From Candidatus Iainarchaeum sp. (GTDB lineage Archaea > Iainarchaeota > Iainarchaeia > Iainarchaeales > JAFCCW01): 54,103 bases of DNA. Position numbers and translations under genes: made by a program. Below are positions 48,580 through 54,103 of this stretch, piece by piece. The DNA lies in NCBI GenBank assembly GCA_017609985.1, contig JAFCCW010000014.1, forward strand, positions 1 to 54,103, in the 5' to 3' direction. The stretch's first letter is position 1, and every line of letters starts with the position of its first letter. A model generated the notes under the pieces. The model was not told the origin of the DNA and made no database searches. It saw only the letters and a list, made by a program, of their open reading frames with translations.

Positions 48580-51531
48580 ATGAAAATTGGCATGGATTCT
48601 GTTCTCAAATATGCAACTGCCTTGTTTTTTATAGGAGTTATTCTTGTTGCTCTTGGAGTAATAAAACTTCCTGGTGAAGACAAGTTTCAGGGAGTTCCAG
48701 TTCCTCCTCCGGAACAAGCTGCTCAGGATTTTCAACAGTCTTCTGAAAACATTGCAAACATTGTAAATTTGTGCAAGGGTTATTCTCCCTCTGAATTCCA
48801 ACAGCTTGTTTCTGAACGCCTTCTTAATATTGCAAAAAAGCAGTTTGATGAAACAGGCCAAATCCCTTATTTTTCAATTGAGGACATTGATCAGATTGTA
48901 ATTGAATTGTGCGGTGTTCCATTAACTGATAAGCAGAAAGAAGAGCTAAAGTTTAACCTTGAAAAGCTCAATCTTGATATCAGAAACCTGATTCTTTCCA
49001 ATGCTGTGGAGTGCACTAGTGACGAAGACTGTAAAGAAGGAGAAGTTTGTAAAGAATTCAAATGTGTTTCCAGCGAGCAAGAAATTCAGCCGCCAGTAGT
49101 AATTCCTGAAATTGAAACAACTTTAATCAAGCCATTGGTTTTCTCCGATCCAAAAAAATCTTTTGCAGAGCTTACTCTCCCATGGGCTGTTATTCCAGTT
49201 GACAAATCAAAACTTGAAGAGCCTGAAAAATATTCTGTTGAAAACTTTAGTTTTTCTTTGATAAATAATTCAGGTTATGAAATAGGTTTTGATAATTTTT
49301 TCATTGCTGAAATTCCTGAAAGCGAAAAAGTCATTGAAGATGGAAAGCTTGTTGAAAGACCAAAGCTGAGGCTGAAGCTGAACATTGAAGACAAGTCAAT
49401 GTGGCGAACTTTTGCTTCTGGCGGACCTAGAATTGATGCAGAGATTGTTGTTAAATACAATCCAGAGCTTTTTTCTGAAGCCCAGCCATATCTTGACAAA
49501 CTTGTTAAAGACTTTTCAATCCCTGTTACAATTTACAACGAGTACGGTGTCATTGTCTTTGCAAAAAAGTTAAGAGAAACCAAGACAGGAACTGTTTCAG
49601 AGATTGAAACAATAACTGAACGCTCTGAAGCTTGGGATTATCTTGAAGTGGAAGACCCTGCTGATATTCAGACTCTCAAATATTATCTTGATCAAATTTA
49701 CACTATTGACAACACAAGTCTTGAAAATATTCCGACAAGCAGAGAATCCGGCCATATGTTTTCTTACCTTGTTCTTGTCTATAACGAGTCTGTTCCCGAC
49801 ACAGTTTTTCCAACTAAGCTAAGCAACTGGGAGCCAGAACAGGCTTCTGGTTATATGCTTGCTAACTTCAAGGGAACTGATGATGTGCTTAGCAGGATAG
49901 GTTCTTCAAGCAATGATGTTTCAACAAATGTTGCTGTTTCCCGTCTGCCGGTAAAGAAGTTGAACGATGTTGCAGAAGCGTTCTATGGGAAGACACAAGA
50001 CAGTGATGGCAAGACAGCTATTTTTTCTTCACAGGTTTACGAGTCAATGGGTGGAGTAGAAAAGCTTGCTGATGTTTACGGCTTGCTTTCTCCTGAAGCT
50101 GTTTCCTATGACACTGCGAGGATGACTGAAGCTGCAGTGGAAGAGTATGCTCCTTTCAAAGCGTTTATGATTGCAGGAAATTGTGATTCAAAAGGAATTG
50201 CTTTTGAAGACTCAAAGGGCACTCTTAATTATTATTCTGCAGAAGATGTTCCTGACCTGTCTGAAAAACAGTCTTCAAAATCGGAAGAGATTGATGTTAC
50301 TGAATGTTTTAATTCTGGAGATGAATTGTTTTTAAGAATTTCAAATCCTGTGATTAGTGGCTGGTCAAAAGAATCTGACGGCACAAAAAGCATGCCTGGC
50401 GGAGAACTTCCTTCAGTTATTTTTGCTCCTGACAGAAAGGTTTTCTTTGAACAGGGTTCTGCTGTACTATGGTGTGGTAAAGGCCCTGTTAAGATTTTGC
50501 CAAAAATTCGTGCTCTGAATTTTTACAAGCTTGTTCCAGAAAAGCTTGTTAGTTCTGGAGACGAATTGATTTACAAGTTCAGCAAGCCAGAGACTCTTGA
50601 AGCTGAAAAAATTGTTGTTAATGCAGAGCATATTGCAGATTCTTTTTCTCCGATTGTTTTGCTTGACGCCTGCCCGCAATCAGCGGGTATCGCGAAACAG
50701 TTTTCTATCAACGGTGCTGCTTCAGTTATTCAGTTTTCTGACAAAAACAAGTTTGCTCCAAGAACATCTGGTTATCTTTCTTCAAAGGAATTAAGCGTTG
50801 GTCACTCTGTAATTGAATTCAATGCAAGAAACACAACCGAGTTTTTGACGCTCTATGGCTTTCCAGATACTTGGTGGAGTGCTCTTGGCAGTTCAGACAA
50901 GCCTGCTGAAGCAAGTGTTTATGTAAACTATGAACAACAGCAGGCTGAAAACCCATATTATGCTGTCCTGAGTGTTGTTCCAGTTAAGGATGGAGAAGAG
51001 CTTGATTATGATGACTATCTTCCTGTCTCAGAACTTGATGAGAGTGTTGGTGTTATCTCTCAAAAAGCTTATGATAGTGCTCTTTCTTTGAGAATGAGTG
51101 CAAGAATCATGAAAAAGATTGAAGGCGGGGAAGATGTTGATGTCACTGGTAAAGTAAAAGACATAAAGTGGAGATGGTATTTTGCTTCATGGAAGTCAGA
51201 GAATGCAGAGCCAGAAGTATTGATTCAAAAACTTTCAGAATACGGTGCCTCAGTAGGAAGGGAATGGCATCTGTCAGTAACCGCGGACTTCAAGGATGAA
51301 AAAGGAGTTGCTTCTGCTCAGGACACTGAATCTTATTGCCTGCTTTCATGCGGCCCAGATCCAACAGTTTATCTGCGGATTTTTCAGAAGCCAGCTGGGA
51401 ATCCAGTGCTGATTGAAGACAAGGATGTTACTCTGTCAATGTGGGTAAAACTCTTTGACAGAAAAGATGGAAACTCAAACATGGCTTGGGAAAACAATTC
51501 CTCACTGCACTATAGATGTAAAAACTCTTGA
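48580..51531 (+). CDS. Large membrane-anchored protein with degenerate C25-like domain, paralog of 39124..43017
   Basis: N-terminal TM helix, CTSDEDCKEGEVCKEFKC, AVSRLPV, VLLDACPQ, GAASVIQF, LYGFPD. Confidence 0.7.
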   Translation: MKIGMDSVLKYATALFFIGVILVALGVIKLPGEDKFQGVPVPPPEQAAQDFQQSSENIANIVNLCKGYSPSEFQQLVSERLLNIAKKQFDETGQIPYFSIEDIDQIVIELCGVPLTDKQKEELKFNLEKLNLDIRNLILSNAVECTSDEDCKEGEVCKEFKCVSSEQEIQPPVVIPEIETTLIKPLVFSDPKKSFAELTLPWAVIPVDKSKLEEPEKYSVENFSFSLINNSGYEIGFDNFFIAEIPESEKVIEDGKLVERPKLRLKLNIEDKSMWRTFASGGPRIDAEIVVKYNPELFSEAQPYLDKLVKDFSIPVTIYNEYGVIVFAKKLRETKTGTVSEIETITERSEAWDYLEVEDPADIQTLKYYLDQIYTIDNTSLENIPTSRESGHMFSYLVLVYNESVPDTVFPTKLSNWEPEQASGYMLANFKGTDDVLSRIGSSSNDVSTNVAVSRLPVKKLNDVAEAFYGKTQDSDGKTAIFSSQVYESMGGVEKLADVYGLLSPEAVSYDTARMTEAAVEEYAPFKAFMIAGNCDSKGIAFEDSKGTLNYYSAEDVPDLSEKQSSKSEEIDVTECFNSGDELFLRISNPVISGWSKESDGTKSMPGGELPSVIFAPDRKVFFEQGSAVLWCGKGPVKILPKIRALNFYKLVPEKLVSSGDELIYKFSKPETLEAEKIVVNAEHIADSFSPIVLLDACPQSAGIAKQFSINGAASVIQFSDKNKFAPRTSGYLSSKELSVGHSVIEFNARNTTEFLTLYGFPDTWWSALGSSDKPAEASVYVNYEQQQAENPYYAVLSVVPVKDGEELDYDDYLPVSELDESVGVISQKAYDSALSLRMSARIMKKIEGGEDVDVTGKVKDIKWRWYFASWKSENAEPEVLIQKLSEYGASVGREWHLSVTADFKDEKGVASAQDTESYCLLSCGPDPTVYLRIFQKPAGNPVLIEDKDVTLSMWVKLFDRKDGNSNMAWENNSSLHYRCKNS

Positions 51532-52114
51532 AGAGTATTATCTCATGGATGAAGATGTTGCCTGGACAATCTATTCTTATCTTGCCTACGAGGGCACAAG
51601 CAAGGTTGCCTACAAAAGGCTCTGTAATGAGTCCTGCGGAGAATACGGCGACTATTTTTACACTTATGACTTAAAGGTCAACGAAACAGATTATCCTGAA
51701 GAAGAAGCAATAGTTCTCTCTAACGAAGGCAAGCTTGAAATAGAACCGGAGATTTTGGGAATGACTGATTCTGAAACAGACGGAGAAGACATCAAAGAGT
51801 TTGAGCTTGAAAAACTGCCAACTCCAATTAGGTGGTATTTCTATATTGATGGATTGCCTTACTTTGAGAAAGCTGTTGTGCAGGGAAGAAAAATTCCTTC
51901 TGGTTGCACTGCTGAGGTTGACAAAAAAGGAAACTTCACTGGCAATGGTGTTCCAATCTGTTCCTTTGAAGTCAGCGACCTGATTAACAAGCATAAGATG
52001 AAGGAAGGCAAGAAGTACAGGTTAAGGTCTTACGCAATCTTTGAGACAGTTGGACTCTCTTATCAGACAACGCTCTGCCTTGACCACTGTCCTGGTGAAA
52101 ACACGGAAGAATAA
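51455..52114 (+). CDS. Hypothetical protein, possibly frameshifted C-terminal continuation of 48580..51531
   Basis: 77-nt overlap, no signal peptide, repeats the RWYF...CLxxC pattern of the upstream C-terminus. Confidence 0.55.
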   Translation: MTEKMETQTWLGKTIPHCTIDVKTLEEYYLMDEDVAWTIYSYLAYEGTSKVAYKRLCNESCGEYGDYFYTYDLKVNETDYPEEEAIVLSNEGKLEIEPEILGMTDSETDGEDIKEFELEKLPTPIRWYFYIDGLPYFEKAVVQGRKIPSGCTAEVDKKGNFTGNGVPICSFEVSDLINKHKMKEGKKYRLRSYAIFETVGLSYQTTLCLDHCPGENTEE

Positions 52115-52171
52115 CACCGCTACTTTTTTATATAAGAAACACTTATATTAATCCACTTTAAAGTGATGTGC

Positions 52172-52786
52172 ATGAACTGGAAAGCAATACTTGGCATTAT
52201 CATTATTCTTGCTTTAGCTGTTTCCGCAGTCTTGTTTTTTTCTTCTGAAGAAAAGCCTTTTTCTGACGGAGTTGTTGACTTGGAAATGGCGGTTTCTTCT
52301 GCTGGAATAAATCTTTCAGCTGAAAATGCGTTTGATTCAATTGATTATGCTTCTGTTAACACTGATTTGCTTGAATCAAACCTTGTTTCTTTCAAGGCTT
52401 CTGTCGGAGGCTATGAAAACTCGCCTGTTCTTTCTGCTGCAACTGATGTGTATCTTGCATTTGCAGAGCTTGTTTCTTACAATAAGCAGATTTCTGAAGA
52501 TTTTGCACAATCTCCTGCTGAATCTGTTGATAACTGTGGAGAAGAGGTTTTAGCCTATATGAAGGGGCTTGAAACAGCTTCAAATCAGCAGTTCCAAAAA
52601 TATTCTTTGCTAGCTCAAAAGATTGATTCATTCAATGAATCTCACTCTGAAAATAGTTCATCATTCAATTTTAACAATATTTATCCAGACCTGCAGTTCT
52701 TGCAGGAAAAAAATTCAGAAGTTTCCGATTCAGTTGCGTTATGGGAAAGTTTTTGCGCTCTTACTCCAGAGAGTGTTGGAGAGTAA
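52172..52786 (+). CDS. Membrane-anchored helical protein, probable paralog of 37104..37766
   Basis: N-terminal TM helix; shared GIx(I/L)S, SY, DN(Y)C, IxSF and terminal Cys pattern. Confidence 0.7.
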   Translation: MNWKAILGIIIILALAVSAVLFFSSEEKPFSDGVVDLEMAVSSAGINLSAENAFDSIDYASVNTDLLESNLVSFKASVGGYENSPVLSAATDVYLAFAELVSYNKQISEDFAQSPAESVDNCGEEVLAYMKGLETASNQQFQKYSLLAQKIDSFNESHSENSSSFNFNNIYPDLQFLQEKNSEVSDSVALWESFCALTPESVGE

Positions 52787-52829
52787 ACTTAAATACAAGT
52801 TAACCCAATAATTTTAACAAGGTGTTTTA

Positions 52830-54103
52830 TTGATTTCAAGAAAAGCTTTTTTTGTTCTTTTTCTGATTTTTATAGCAGGAATTGGTTTTGCAGCAGATGC
52901 TCCTGCTTCAACAGTCGGCTCTGATAGAATGGAATTTTCCCAGACTGCTCAATATGAAATTGACAATCTGAGATTTTGCTCTGGTTCAACAGCTCTCTGT
53001 GACTGTTCTGCAGTTTACTGCAATGGATATCAAGCAACAGCATATTTGATGGCTCAGCTGATTGACAGAAGCTATAACAACATAAAGCAGGGAAGCGACA
53101 CAATGCTTGTTTATGGCTCTTGGCCTGCAATTGTAAAACTTCCAGATTATTCTTCGTATTATCGCGTTGTAAACCCTTATTCCATCAAGCCATTTAATTC
53201 AGAAGAATTTAAGAATTCTGCAAGTGTTCCCTATTCTTACTGGTTTGGAAGAAAGCCATTATCTGGAAAAGAAAACGACAGAACCTATATTGACATGCTT
53301 CAAAAGATTGATACAAAAGAATCACTTATTGCTGGAAGCAAGAGAAGAACACAGTTTGTTTTTGTTCCAATCAAGCAAAAAACAATTGGCAGGGATACTG
53401 TCTGGGAAAATTTCAATGCAATGCAGGGAATTTATGAATTAAAGGGAGACTGGGCTTTTGCTGACAAAGGACAGTCAAGGCTTGCGAAAGCTGTTTACTG
53501 GCTTGACAGTGGTGACAAGGCAGATTCTCTTCTCGCGAACTCTTCTGCTGTTACCAAGTTTTACAGAGCGTGCCTTGATTCTTTGAATGGTTATGTGGGC
53601 AATTCATCTGATAAAAGCAATTACTGTAAAAATGCAATTGGTTCTCCTGTTGGGGATGCTGATTCATTAATGCAGGCTGCATTAAGACCTCCTGTTGCTC
53701 AGCCAGCTCAGCCGTCTACTGGAACAGGTTCTTCTTCTGGCACAGGTTCTTCTGGTTCTAGCACGGGAGCAGGTTCTCCAGTCTCGCCTTCGACCGGAAC
53801 ACCAACTGGTTCTTTTGAAACAGCTGATGTTACAATTCTTGCTTATAATTTCAATGGCCAGCTTCCAACAGTTGAAGCCTTTTACGGCGGAAACATGGAT
53901 GGCTCTGGCTCATGGACTAACAAGTCTGGCTATACTCCACAGTATCAGAACAAGGCAGATGGCAGTTACTATGTGTTTTCAACAAAAATGACTATTGGCG
54001 TGCCATACTATGTCAAGGTAACTTATTCTGACGGAACCTTTGTTTACTGGATTGTAAAGCCCACAAGCAAGACCTCTGCAGAGGAATGGAAGGATGCCGG
54101 CAC
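52830..54103 (+). CDS. Secreted hypothetical protein, incomplete at window end (absent from ORF track)
   Basis: TTG start, signal peptide ISRKAFFVLFLIFIAGIGFA, open frame with S/G/T linker running off the edge. Confidence 0.75.
   Translation, partial: MISRKAFFVLFLIFIAGIGFAADAPASTVGSDRMEFSQTAQYEIDNLRFCSGSTALCDCSAVYCNGYQATAYLMAQLIDRSYNNIKQGSDTMLVYGSWPAIVKLPDYSSYYRVVNPYSIKPFNSEEFKNSASVPYSYWFGRKPLSGKENDRTYIDMLQKIDTKESLIAGSKRRTQFVFVPIKQKTIGRDTVWENFNAMQGIYELKGDWAFADKGQSRLAKAVYWLDSGDKADSLLANSSAVTKFYRACLDSLNGYVGNSSDKSNYCKNAIGSPVGDADSLMQAALRPPVAQPAQPSTGTGSSSGTGSSGSSTGAGSPVSPSTGTPTGSFETADVTILAYNFNGQLPTVEAFYGGNMDGSGSWTNKSGYTPQYQNKADGSYYVFSTKMTIGVPYYVKVTYSDGTFVYWIVKPTSKTSAEEWKDAG

Noticed and set aside
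46801-54103. Provirus, suggested by the collagen-like fibre gene
   Set aside because: No capsid, terminase, portal, integrase or att sites recognised; neighbours are cellular-type exported proteins.

Overview
Archaeal chromosomal segment in the standard genetic code. The gene set (rpl15e, aIF5A, Alba, Lsm, thermosome, EndA, Sec61beta, XPD) and compact layout suggest a DPANN archaeon, possibly Iainarchaeota/Diapherotrites; that assignment is inference. The first ~36 kb is mostly housekeeping, with five intact tRNAs: Val-CAC, Val-GAC, Ala-GGC, Ser-CGA and a rare Ile-UAU beside ileS. The last ~17 kb is an accessory block of large surface proteins. Main oddities: (1) a free-standing LAGLIDADG gene bracketed by tRNA-Val and an orphan tRNA 3' half sharing a 27-bp direct repeat, plus similar displaced gene-end copies at the other tRNA-Val and the thermosome gene; (2) an intein-containing HerA-like ATPase missing its Walker A and intein N-terminus, an ABC operon collapsed into one fusion, and a truncated pilin; (3) two giant surface proteins with degenerate gingipain (C25)-like domains; (4) a tandem pair of basic proteins sharing a 45-aa Gly/Asn-rich motif, one continuing into collagen; (5) a MinD/Roadblock-like/DUF2226-like operon; (6) several unusual chromatin-type proteins. 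No CRISPR array, rRNA, integrase or transposase was seen. All family calls come from motif recognition by eye, not database searches.
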